A DNA stretch of 64,000 bases, taken from positions 128,001 to 192,000 of the forward strand of contig JAXGPF010000005.1 of NCBI GenBank assembly GCA_040767085.1, in the 5' to 3' direction. Positions 28,638-37,678 of this stretch are shown here, piece by piece (positions within the stretch are counted from its first letter, which is position 1; every line of letters starts with the position of its first letter). Source of the DNA: Kiritimatiellia bacterium (lineage in GTDB: Bacteria > Verrucomicrobiota > Kiritimatiellia > JAAZAB01). The position numbers and the translations under genes are program-made. The notes beneath the pieces were generated by a model. It worked only from the letters and a program-made list of their open reading frames with translations. It had not been told where the DNA came from and ran no database searches.

Positions 28638-29570
28638 TCAGGAAGCTTTGCGCTGCGGCATGGTCAATTCCCGGAACACGTCGTCTAACCGCCCTTCCAA
28701 AACCTTCACGCCCGCCACCCGGCAGGCGGGCTTGGCGCGGATCAGCCCCAGAACTTCCGCCATCAAGCCGTCGGCGGAACGCGGATAAACCAGCAGGGTG
28801 TTGCGCCGGGCTTCCACGCGCATGGCGGCGGCCAGGCCTTCCAGGCCGGCGCGCAACTCATCGGCCCCGGCTTCCACCGTCAACTCCACCGCTCCGTGCT
28901 GCGGGCTGCGGGCTTTTAATGCGCCGGGCGCGCCATCGAACACCACGGCGCCCTGACAGATGATGATCACGCGCCCGCAGACCGCCTCCACTTCCTCCAG
29001 GATGTGGGTGGAGAGCACGATCACCTTGTCTGCCGCCATGTCGCGGATCATGGCCCGCACCACCTGTTTCTGGTTGGGGTCCAGTCCGTCCGTCGGCTCA
29101 TCCATGATCAGCACCGGCGGATTGTGCAGGACCGCCTGGGCGAAGCCGACGCGTTGCCGGTAGCCCTTGGAGAGCGTGCCGATGCTTTGAAAGCGCACCG
29201 GCTCGAGGAAGCAGCGCTCCACCGCCGCGCCCACCTTCTGCTGGCGTTCCCGGCTGGAGAAACCGCGCACTTCCGCGATGAAATCCAGGTAACGCCAAAC
29301 CGTCATGTCGGCGTAAACCGGGGAATTCTCCGGCAAATACCCGATCTGGCGCTTGGCCGCCACGGGCTGCTGAAGGATGTCATACCCCTCGATTTCCGCC
29401 GTACCGGCCGTCGGCGGCAGGAACCCGGTGATCATCCGCATCGTGGTGGTTTTACCAGCGCCGTTGGGGCCGAGAAACCCCAGCACCGTGCCCTTGGCCA
29501 CTTCAAATGACACGCCGCGCACCGCATGAATTGCACCGAAACGTTTTTCCAACTTCCTGACTTTTAGCAT
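28638..29570 (-). CDS. ABC transporter ATP-binding protein (GldA-like)
   Basis: GPNGAGKTT, LSKGYRQRVG, IMDEPTDGLDP and LSTHIL; GGAGGAG RBS before ATG 29570. Confidence 0.95.
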   Translation of the reverse strand: MLKVRKLEKRFGAIHAVRGVSFEVAKGTVLGFLGPNGAGKTTTMRMITGFLPPTAGTAEIEGYDILQQPVAAKRQIGYLPENSPVYADMTVWRYLDFIAEVRGFSSRERQQKVGAAVERCFLEPVRFQSIGTLSKGYRQRVGFAQAVLHNPPVLIMDEPTDGLDPNQKQVVRAMIRDMAADKVIVLSTHILEEVEAVCGRVIIICQGAVVFDGAPGALKARSPQHGAVELTVEAGADELRAGLEGLAAAMRVEARRNTLLVYPRSADGLMAEVLGLIRAKPACRVAGVKVLEGRLDDVFRELTMPQRKAS

Positions 29571-29637
29571 ATCTCCTCCTCGCCAAAAACGGGATCCCTG
29601 CCCGTAATTTTTGAAATCCAAAAACAATCCGGGTAAA

Positions 29638-30360
29638 CTATATTATTTGCCGCGGAGTGGCAAGCGTTTCCTGCTCCCGGGCCTTGGGCACCCGCACCCG
29701 CAAAACATTCTCGTCATACTGCGCCTGGATGTTTTCCCGGTCCACCGCTTCCGGCAGGCGCAAACGCGTGTGGTAATTGTTGCGCATGCCGCGCGCCATG
29801 ATGGAAAGAATGTCGCCCTGCAATTGCACGTCAATCCCCAGCCGGTCCACATCTGTCAGGGCCACGGTGATCTCGTAGGCCTGGTCGTCCTCCGTCATCT
29901 GCAAGGCCGGCGAGACAGACGCCCGCTCCCACCGCCAATCCAGCGGATGGCGCGTATGCCGCCAGAGCCCGTCATTAAAGGCATGGGCGAAAATCCGGTC
30001 AATTTCCCGCTGCAGCCGGCCAAAATGCTCGACCGCCGCATTCCCGGGGCCGGGCGTCGACGCCGGGGCGAAAGACGAAGGCGTGGCGCCGGCAGTCAAT
30101 TCGGCGAACAGGCGTTCAATCCGGGCGTGAATCTCCTGGATTTCGTCCGCGCTTTCACGGGCGACCACCGGCGCCGGCTCGGTCACGGCCTCTGGCGCGG
30201 CTTCCCGGCCGAAAAGCCGCTGCGCCAGTTCCGTCATGCGCTCCCGTCCAAGCAACCGGCCAACGCGCTGCCAGCTCCAGGCCGCCAGCACTGCTGTCTC
30301 CACCGCCACGACCAGCGATAGAATGATGACCGCCCGGCGCAATTTGCGATTAGTTTGCAT
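29638..30360 (-). CDS. Hsp20/alpha-crystallin protein with N-terminal membrane anchor
   Basis: C-terminal alpha-crystallin domain (EDDQAYEITVAL...LPEAVDRENIQAQYDENVLRVRVPK) and an N-terminal basic plus hydrophobic segment. Confidence 0.82.
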   Translation of the reverse strand: MQTNRKLRRAVIILSLVVAVETAVLAAWSWQRVGRLLGRERMTELAQRLFGREAAPEAVTEPAPVVARESADEIQEIHARIERLFAELTAGATPSSFAPASTPGPGNAAVEHFGRLQREIDRIFAHAFNDGLWRHTRHPLDWRWERASVSPALQMTEDDQAYEITVALTDVDRLGIDVQLQGDILSIMARGMRNNYHTRLRLPEAVDRENIQAQYDENVLRVRVPKAREQETLATPRQII

Positions 30361-30369
30361 TTTCTGTGT

Positions 30370-30438
30370 GTTTGTGTCATCCGCGGATTATTTTTTATCC
30401 GCAGATTACGCAGATTTGCGCAGATTTTGACGGAATTC
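30370..30438 (+). repeat. 69-bp dispersed repeat, copy 1 (CGCAGATT-periodic)
   Basis: Matches the reverse complement of 35746-35814 with 3 mismatches; partial copy at 12000-12026. Confidence 0.9.
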
Positions 30439-30505
30439 TCGGTGATATTATTACCTGCCCCGCTAAAATCTTAAACTTCCAAAACGACAGGCTGAATGAA
30501 ATTAA

Positions 30506-30521
30506 AGCAGGATGCGTGCCA
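30506..30521 (-). promoter_or_regulatory. Sigma54 (-24/-12) promoter for hsp20
   Basis: The minus strand reads TGGCACG-CATC-CTGCT, with exact GG-N10-GC spacing versus consensus TGGCACG-N4-TTGCW. Confidence 0.72.
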
Positions 30522-30575
30522 ACCGGAAATGCCTGCGGAAAATACCAACATGGGCCGGGGGATGGGGAACGCGGC

Positions 30576-30612
30576 CGGACAAAATGTCCGAACGGCCCGG
30601 ACATTTTGGCCG
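30576..30612. promoter_or_regulatory. Paired dyad sites, candidate enhancer-binding-protein UAS
   Basis: CGGACA-AAA-TGTCCG (30576-30590) and CGGACA-TTT-TGGCCG (30598-30612) are 22 bp apart and roughly 80-115 bp upstream of the predicted sigma54 start. Confidence 0.55.
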
Positions 30613-30617
30613 GGGAA

Positions 30618-31097
30618 TTATCCGGCTTGCTCGACAGTGGCGATGGCCATGGCGGCGATTCCTTCGCCGCGGCCGATGCTGCCGAGTTTTTCCATGGTGG
30701 TCGCCTTGATGGAGACGCAGTCAACCGGCAGTTGCAGCGCCGCCGCCAAACGTTCGCGCATTCTGGCGCGATGCGGCGCCAGCCGCGGATATTCGGCCAG
30801 CACAGTGGCATCCACGTTGACGATCCGGGCGCCGCGCGCCGCCACCCGCCGGGCGCAATGCGCCAGCAATTGCAGGCTGTCGGCCCCCTTCCACCGCGGG
30901 TCGGTATCCGGAAAGTGCTCGCCGATGTCGCCATCCGCCACGGCGCCCAGGAGGGCGTCCGCCAGCGCATGGCACAAGACATCCGCATCCGAATGCCCGG
31001 CCAGGCCGCGGGGACTGTCAATCTCCACCCCGCCCAGCACCAGCCGGCGGCCGTCAGCGAAGGGATGCACGTCAAAGCCTATGCCGGTTCTGATCAT
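30618..31097 (-). CDS. ispF: 2-C-methyl-D-erythritol 2,4-cyclodiphosphate synthase
   Basis: RTGIGFDVH, GHSDADVLCHALADALLGA, GDIGEHFPDTD and SIKATTMEKLG. Confidence 0.97.
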   Translation of the reverse strand: MIRTGIGFDVHPFADGRRLVLGGVEIDSPRGLAGHSDADVLCHALADALLGAVADGDIGEHFPDTDPRWKGADSLQLLAHCARRVAARGARIVNVDATVLAEYPRLAPHRARMRERLAAALQLPVDCVSIKATTMEKLGSIGRGEGIAAMAIATVEQAG

Positions 31098-31099
31098 GC

Positions 31100-33607
31100 T
31101 TACTCCCCGATGATTTCGTAAGCGCCGGGCGCGGAACCGGAAAACATTACACTGCCGGCGGCAATGTCCGCCGGCGCGGCGGCCAGAGCGCCATGGCAAA
31201 CCACCAGGGGCCGCGCCTTGAATGGCGGCGTCAGCGCCACCGTATCGCCGGGCGCCGCATGGCCGGCCAGCCGGCGCTCCGCGCGCCGGTTGGAACGGGA
31301 GTCGTACACAAACGCGCCCAGGATGGACACGGGCGCTTCGAGCGCCTCCAGGCGCAGCCGGTGGGCGCCGAACGGCAAGCCGCGGATACCGCGGCGGTTT
31401 TCGAGGAAAATCTTTGCCCCGTCCGAGTTTTCAAACGGCTGGTTGGCCGGCTGGCGCAGCTGCTCGACGCCATCCACCGCCGCCAGCAAAACACCGGCAT
31501 CCGGCTGATCCACATACGCAATCGAAATCTCCGTGCCCACCGCCTCCAGTTCCAAAGCGGCGCCGGGCGGCAAAACAATCCGCATGGCGCCGTAAGGCGC
31601 GCCCCAGGCGGATGCGAACGGGACGGGGCTCAATCCGCCGCGCTCCCACAAGGCGGACTCCGCGCCGATAAACCGGCGGTCGGGGCAGATTTTGCAATCG
31701 GCGGCGATGATCACGGGATTCGTGCCGACGGCCTCCACGATATGCCGGTCGCCCAGCGCGAGACTGCCGTGGACAAAGGTGGAATTGCGGAGATCGCGCT
31801 GCTTCATCGAGCGGCCGCGGCTGCCGGAACGCCAGACCCCGTCCACCTTGAACCGCAACTTGTCCTCCGACTGGCACCAGAGATTGAAAACCGTATCCTC
31901 GATGATCAGGCGCGGGCCTTGGATGCGGGGATGCGGCGCGGTAAAGGTGACATGGCCGCCTTCCCAGCCGTAGGTGTTGGGATGCAGGCGTTCGGGCAAC
32001 TGCAACTGCGCCTGCCCGGCTTCGATCGGATCCCAGCACTCAAACGCCTGTTCCAGGGATTTGAACCAAAGGAAATGCGCCGCGGCCTGGGGATGGCCGT
32101 CGGCGGGCACCAGCGCATAGCGGTTGCAACATTGCAGCAGGTTGTCGGCCAGCAGCCCGTAATCCAGCACGGGGATTTGGTAGCGCAAGGCCAGCGCCTG
32201 CAAGTCGCCGGTATTGGGGGTGTACTGGCCGCAATTCTGAAACATGCAGAACAGGAATTCCGTTTCCGGGTAACGCCGCTGAATCCAGCGGATGGCGCCT
32301 TCAAACACCGCGACTTCGTCCGGAGTATCGGTTTTTTCGTTGGCGCCGCTGCCGAAAATCACCAGGTCGGGCCGGGGCCCTTCCGGCCGCGCAAACAAAT
32401 CCGGATACAATTCCGCCCAGGTCCGCCCGGCGCCATGCCCGTTCAGGCCCGGGTCGGGCGGCAAGGCCAGGTTGCAGTAATCCGCCAACCCGGCATGGGC
32501 CTCGCCGACGCATGAGCCGTCGCAAGCCATGATGTTCAGCAGTAATTTTTCCACGGGCAGATTGAACTTGCGCATCAACTCCAGGCGCAGCCGGCCGGCA
32601 AAGCCCCAGTAATGCTGCCACCAGCCGACATAACCGGCCAGGTCCGGCCGGCCAACCATGCCCGGATCAAACGCATGGTTATCCGCCAGCGGCTGCTTGA
32701 ACTCCGGCGCATCCGGGTTCTCGTTGTATGGGTAAAGCGGCGGATTGGCGCTGCCGCGGTCAATGCTGGACCCCATCACCATGATGTGCAGCGGTTCGCC
32801 CTTCCAAAGTTTCTGCATGGTGCGCGGGATATGGCGGTAAACCGGACGCATGGCGCGCGCGCCGGGCCAGACCTGCCGCGGCGGCGGCGCCGCGGCGCCG
32901 CGGACCAGCGCCGGGGCGTACACCCAGGCCGTATCGCCGGTGGACATGTTGGCGAATTCCACCTGGACACCGATGGTATTGACCGCCGTCGCGGAACCTT
33001 GCCGGTCATCGGATTGAAAGTTGCCGGGGATGGCGGCATCCTCGATCCGCAGAACGACATGGCCGGTGGCGGCGGCGGCCGTCTCGTAAAGCGCCGCCGT
33101 CACCAGTTCGCCGCGGCTCTGGCGGGGGAAAGTCCGCTGATCCGCCAGGCCGAAATCCTTGGGCTGCCATGCGCCGTCGGCGCTGTCGAGCTTCAGCAGC
33201 CGGAGGCGGACCTGCAGGGTGTTGGGCGCCGGCTGGCAGGCATGCGCCAGCAGGCTGACATGGTCGCCATGGGCCAGGCCGGCTTCCGGCAGGGTAAAAA
33301 ACTGAAACAGCCGCTTACCCGGCCGGATTTCGGCCAGGTTATCCACGGCGAAGTCCGGGCGCACGGCGGCATCCGCATGGCCGGCGCGGCCGACCTGGAT
33401 ATCGCCCCAGGCGTCCGTGTTCCAGAAGGCGATATTGCCGGAAGCGAACGATTCTCGCCGGCCGGAGCGATGATTTTTAAAAACATGAAACGCAAACTCC
33501 GGATTCTGCAAAAGATTCATATTGGCTAATTCCACTCCAATGGCCTGCAAGGCCGGCATCAGCAGCGCAGCCGCCATGCCTGACATTAACTTGCGCGCCG
33601 ATGCCAT
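31100..33607 (-). CDS. Large secreted hypothetical protein with SGNH/GDSL-hydrolase-like core
   Basis: Signal peptide, VMGSSI (block I-like), PDLVIFGSGANE and DGHP (DxxH-like); TGATG coupling to tpx. Confidence 0.6.
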   Translation of the reverse strand: MASARKLMSGMAAALLMPALQAIGVELANMNLLQNPEFAFHVFKNHRSGRRESFASGNIAFWNTDAWGDIQVGRAGHADAAVRPDFAVDNLAEIRPGKRLFQFFTLPEAGLAHGDHVSLLAHACQPAPNTLQVRLRLLKLDSADGAWQPKDFGLADQRTFPRQSRGELVTAALYETAAAATGHVVLRIEDAAIPGNFQSDDRQGSATAVNTIGVQVEFANMSTGDTAWVYAPALVRGAAAPPPRQVWPGARAMRPVYRHIPRTMQKLWKGEPLHIMVMGSSIDRGSANPPLYPYNENPDAPEFKQPLADNHAFDPGMVGRPDLAGYVGWWQHYWGFAGRLRLELMRKFNLPVEKLLLNIMACDGSCVGEAHAGLADYCNLALPPDPGLNGHGAGRTWAELYPDLFARPEGPRPDLVIFGSGANEKTDTPDEVAVFEGAIRWIQRRYPETEFLFCMFQNCGQYTPNTGDLQALALRYQIPVLDYGLLADNLLQCCNRYALVPADGHPQAAAHFLWFKSLEQAFECWDPIEAGQAQLQLPERLHPNTYGWEGGHVTFTAPHPRIQGPRLIIEDTVFNLWCQSEDKLRFKVDGVWRSGSRGRSMKQRDLRNSTFVHGSLALGDRHIVEAVGTNPVIIAADCKICPDRRFIGAESALWERGGLSPVPFASAWGAPYGAMRIVLPPGAALELEAVGTEISIAYVDQPDAGVLLAAVDGVEQLRQPANQPFENSDGAKIFLENRRGIRGLPFGAHRLRLEALEAPVSILGAFVYDSRSNRRAERRLAGHAAPGDTVALTPPFKARPLVVCHGALAAAPADIAAGSVMFSGSAPGAYEIIGE

Positions 33608-34122
33608 CACGCCCCCGCCGCCCCTTGCAGCGCCGCCAGGGCCTTGGCATAATCCGGCTCCTGCGCGATTTCCGGGACCTGCTCGGCATACACCACGCGG
33701 TTCTGGCCGTCCAGCACCAGCACCGCCCGGCTCATCAGGCCGGCCAGCGGCCCATCCACGATCTGCACCCCGTATTGGCGGCCGAAATCGGGAGCGCGCA
33801 TGGTGGAAAGCGTGGTGATGTTTTTCAAGTTCTGGCTTTCGCAAAACCGGCCCTGGGCAAACGGTAAATCGGCGGAAATATTGATCAGCGCCGTGTTGGG
33901 CAACCGCGCCACGGCCTCGTTGAACCGGCGGGCGGAAGCGGCGCAGACGGGGGTATCCAGGCTCGGCACGATGTTCAACAGCTTGCGGCGGGCGCCGAAA
34001 TGCGCCAGGCCGACATCCGCCAGTTCCGCGTTGGTCAACCGGAAATCCGGCGCCGTGGTTCCCACTGCCGGAAGATTGCCGGCCGTCTGCACCGGCTGGC
34101 CTTTGAATGTAATCGTCGCCAT
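33607..34122 (-). CDS. tpx: Thiol peroxidase
   Basis: NIVPSLDTPVCAASARRFN, ISADLPFAQGRFC and VPEIAQEPDY. Confidence 0.97.
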   Translation of the reverse strand: MATITFKGQPVQTAGNLPAVGTTAPDFRLTNAELADVGLAHFGARRKLLNIVPSLDTPVCAASARRFNEAVARLPNTALINISADLPFAQGRFCESQNLKNITTLSTMRAPDFGRQYGVQIVDGPLAGLMSRAVLVLDGQNRVVYAEQVPEIAQEPDYAKALAALQGAAGA

Positions 34123-34446
34123 AATTTTACGCTCCTGTATTTTGGCCGGCCTGTCTTTTCGAACGGAGCGCCGCCCCGCGCCGCCCGCTTGCCTCCCGGC
34201 GCGGCGATCATGCCCGCCGCCGCGGGAAAACAACTTCATCTGTCTTTTATAATGCCAGACGAATGAAAGCAAGGACAATCCTTCCTTGCCGCCGGCACAC
34301 CGCACAATTTGGTTGCGCATTTTTACCGGTTAAGTAATATGTGTTTTTTGTCAGTGCCTGATAAAAAAGGTCTGGCAGCAATTCTGGATGGCGCAAAGCA
34401 ATCAATCGGGATGGCATGAGCATCATCAAGGAATGGAATAATCAAT

Positions 34447-35727
34447 ATGGCAATCTGGTATAACAAAGGCAGTGCGGAAACGGAAATCAATGACAGCGAC
34501 CTCAACGACTGTCTGCAGGCGGTAATCGCCGCGCTGCCGGCCGGCGCGCGTAAAATCCTGCTGATTCCGCCCGATTTCTCCCGCTTCCACTCCGGCGCCG
34601 GCGCAATCTGCGCCCGGTTATACCGGCTGCTCTCCCCGCGCGCCGAGGTGACGCTGCTCCCGGCGCTCGGCACCCACCGGCCGATGACCGCCGGGGAAAT
34701 TGAAACCATGTTCCCCGGCGTCCCGGCCGACCGTGTGCGCGTGCATGACTGGCGGCATGGCTTGACCCTGATGGGCGAAATCCCCGGCGCGCGCCTGGCG
34801 GAATTGAGCGGCGGCAAGGTGGATTACAACGTCCGGGTGGAAATTGACCGGATCGCCGCCGAAGGCGGGCATGACGCCATCCTCTCCGTGGGGCAGATCG
34901 TACCGCATGAAGTGATCGGCATGGCTAACGGCAATAAAAACATCCTGGTAGGCATCGGCGGTCCGGACATCATCAACAAGAGCCATTTTCTCGGCGCCGT
35001 CTGCAACATGGAAAACATCATGGGGCATATCGACAGCCCCGTGCGCACCCTGTTTAACGAGGCGGAAGACCGCTACCTGCGGCATCTGTCAATCCGCTAC
35101 ATCCTCACCGTGCGCGCGAAAAACGCCGCCAACCAACTGGTAACGCGCGGGCTTTTCGCCGGCGATACCCGCGACTGCTACCTGGCGGCCGCGCGCCTGA
35201 GCCAGCAGGTGAACATCATCCGCGTGCCGCCTCTGCCGAAAGTGGTGGTTTACCTCGATCCCGCGGAATTCAAGAGCACCTGGATCGGCAACAAGGCCAT
35301 TTACCGGACGCGGATGGCCATCGCCGATGACGGCGAGCTGCTGATCCTGGCGCCGGGCCTGGTGGAATTCGGCGAGGCGGAAATCAACGAACGCATGATC
35401 CGCAAGTACGGCTACCACGGCACGCCCGCCACCCTGCGCTACGTGGCGGAAGACCGGGAATTGCGCGAGAGCCTGGGCGCCGCCGCGCACTTGATTCACG
35501 GCTCCAGCGAAGGCCGGTTTTCCATCACTTACGCCTCCGGCGGCTTGGACCAGCGGGCGATTGAGGCGGCCGGATTTAAATACACCGACCTCGCCGCCGC
35601 CATGCAACGCTACAATCCCGAGCGCCTGCAGGACGGGTTCAACACCATGCCTGACGGCGAACGCATTTACTACATCTCCAATCCGGCGCTCGGGCTGTGG
35701 CAGATGGAAAAGCACCTGAATCCGTGA
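34447..35727 (+). CDS. LarA-family (DUF2088) nickel-pincer-type racemase/epimerase
   Basis: LIPPDFSR, ALGTHRPMT, GQIVPHEVIGMANGNKN and KSTWIGNKAIYR. Confidence 0.85.
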   Translation: MAIWYNKGSAETEINDSDLNDCLQAVIAALPAGARKILLIPPDFSRFHSGAGAICARLYRLLSPRAEVTLLPALGTHRPMTAGEIETMFPGVPADRVRVHDWRHGLTLMGEIPGARLAELSGGKVDYNVRVEIDRIAAEGGHDAILSVGQIVPHEVIGMANGNKNILVGIGGPDIINKSHFLGAVCNMENIMGHIDSPVRTLFNEAEDRYLRHLSIRYILTVRAKNAANQLVTRGLFAGDTRDCYLAAARLSQQVNIIRVPPLPKVVVYLDPAEFKSTWIGNKAIYRTRMAIADDGELLILAPGLVEFGEAEINERMIRKYGYHGTPATLRYVAEDRELRESLGAAAHLIHGSSEGRFSITYASGGLDQRAIEAAGFKYTDLAAAMQRYNPERLQDGFNTMPDGERIYYISNPALGLWQMEKHLNP

Positions 35728-35745
35728 CGGGATTTTATGTTGCAC

Positions 35746-35814
35746 GAATTCCGGCAAAATCTGCGTAAATCTGCGTAATCTGCGGATAAAAAATAATCCG
35801 CGGATGACACGAAC
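35746..35814 (-). repeat. 69-bp dispersed repeat, copy 2
   Basis: Inverted copy of 30370-30438. Confidence 0.9.
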
Positions 35815-35870
35815 CGGACACTGAACACCGAACACTGGCTGTTGAACCACTTCCGGGAGGCAGAGCGACC

Positions 35871-37580
35871 ATGCCGGAAAATACTGGCCGGACCGCCGTG
35901 TTCCTGGCCGTCAACGCCACCCATTCCCATACCAACCCGGCGGGCTGGACCCTGGGCCAGGCGGCCCGCGCCGCCGGCTGGGAATGGCGAATCGTCGAGG
36001 CGACGGCCCGCGAGCCCATGCCGCCTTTGTTATTGCGTCTGGCGCAGAACGCGCCCGCCGTGCTGGCGGCGTCTTTTTTCCTGTTTAACCGCAATTTTTT
36101 GCTGGATGTGTTGGCCCGTTACAAGTGCCTGCACCCGGAATGCATCCTGCTCGGCGGCGGGCCGGAATTTCTGGGCGATAATCGCGCCTTCTTGAAGCGG
36201 CATCCGTTCATGGACGCCGTCATCCGCGGCGAAGGCGAGGCGGCCTTGCCGGATTTCCTGGCGCGCTGGAATCAGCCCGGATGTTGGCATGAAGTGCAGG
36301 GCGTCTGCGCCCGGCCCGGCGGCTCCGACCTGGACACGGGCGCAGCCCGCCTGCCGGATTTGAATGCCATGCCGCCGGCTACGCCCGCGGGTTGGCGGCG
36401 GAACCACAAACCATTTCTCCTGGCGGAGACCAGCCGGGGCTGCGCCGGCCAATGCGTCTTCTGCACCAGCGGCGCCGGCGCGACGCCGACCCGGCATTTT
36501 CCCATCGCCCGCGTACAGGAAGAACTGCGCCGCCTCCAGGCAACCGGCCTGCCGGAGGTCCGCCTGGCGGACCGCACGTTCAACGAATCACCCACCCGGT
36601 GCATCCGCCTGCTCCGGATGTTCCGCGATGAGTTTCCATCCATGCGGTTCCACCTGGAAATTGATCCGGGGCGGGTGACACCCGCCATCATGCAGGAATT
36701 CGCCGCGGCCCGCCCCGGCCAGCTTTACCTGGAATTGGGCGTGCAGACATTGACCGCGGCGGTATTTCAAAATCTCGGCCGGGCCGGCACGCTGGACGCC
36801 GCCCGCGCCGCCACGCGCCAGTTATGCGCCATGCCCCGCCTGCAAACGCATGTTGACCTGATCGCCGGCCTGCCCGGCGGCACCCTGGCAATGCTGCGGG
36901 CGGATTTACAGGCCCTGGTTGCCATGCGCCCGGCCGCCATCCAACTCGAAATCCTGAAACTCCTCCCCGGCACAGCCCTCGCCGCTGACCGGGAACGGTG
37001 GGGACTCCGCGCCGCACCCACCCCGCCCTATGAAGTTCTGGCCACCGCCGCCATGCCGCCGGCGGAACTGGAGACGGCCAGGCAATGGTCATGCCTGGTA
37101 GACTGGTTTTATAACGCGCCCGACTTGCAGCCGGTGACCATTGCCGCCGCCGGTAAAATCCATGACTTCTGGCCGGCCCTGGCGGACGCCTGCCGGGCGC
37201 AGTTAAGCCTTTGCGACGCGCCCAGCCTGGAAAACCGCTTCCGTATTTTTGACGCATTCCTCCAGGCGCACGCCGCGCAGGCGCCGGACTTGCGGCATCG
37301 CCTGCATTACGCGCGTTTGCGGCATAGTCTGAGCCATGGCTACGGGATGGATATCCAACCCTGGAAAAAACCGCTGCCGGACAATGCCCGCCTGGTGGAA
37401 GGCGACGCCGCCGCGGAACCAGCCCAGGTTTGGCTGGCGCGCCTCGACCGGCAATACTACTTCGTTTACACCCGGGATTCCCGCCGGGCGGCAGCAGTTT
37501 ACGTTGAGGAAGAACCGCCCGGGAATCCTTTTAAATCCAAAATCGACATTGCCAAACCAGGCCGGACCGGGTATATTTAA
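35871..37580 (+). CDS. B12-binding-domain radical SAM protein
   Basis: ILLGGGPE, IRGEGE, ETSRGCAGQCVFC (CxxxCxxC), DRTFN, ELGVQT, HVDLIAGLP and LKLLPGT. Confidence 0.88.
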   Translation: MPENTGRTAVFLAVNATHSHTNPAGWTLGQAARAAGWEWRIVEATAREPMPPLLLRLAQNAPAVLAASFFLFNRNFLLDVLARYKCLHPECILLGGGPEFLGDNRAFLKRHPFMDAVIRGEGEAALPDFLARWNQPGCWHEVQGVCARPGGSDLDTGAARLPDLNAMPPATPAGWRRNHKPFLLAETSRGCAGQCVFCTSGAGATPTRHFPIARVQEELRRLQATGLPEVRLADRTFNESPTRCIRLLRMFRDEFPSMRFHLEIDPGRVTPAIMQEFAAARPGQLYLELGVQTLTAAVFQNLGRAGTLDAARAATRQLCAMPRLQTHVDLIAGLPGGTLAMLRADLQALVAMRPAAIQLEILKLLPGTALAADRERWGLRAAPTPPYEVLATAAMPPAELETARQWSCLVDWFYNAPDLQPVTIAAAGKIHDFWPALADACRAQLSLCDAPSLENRFRIFDAFLQAHAAQAPDLRHRLHYARLRHSLSHGYGMDIQPWKKPLPDNARLVEGDAAAEPAQVWLARLDRQYYFVYTRDSRRAAAVYVEEEPPGNPFKSKIDIAKPGRTGYI

Positions 37581-37678
37581 CCCATATTTTACCACGGAAC
37601 GGCATCCGGATGCCGGGAATTGGCTGAGCAAAACGAGCCGCTGGTTGAAAAGACCGTGTCGGTAACAGGGAGGTTAGC

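Noticed and set aside
30370-35814. Composite transposon bounded by the 69-bp inverted repeats
   Set aside because: The cargo is housekeeping (ispF, tpx), with no transposase and no flanking target duplication seen.
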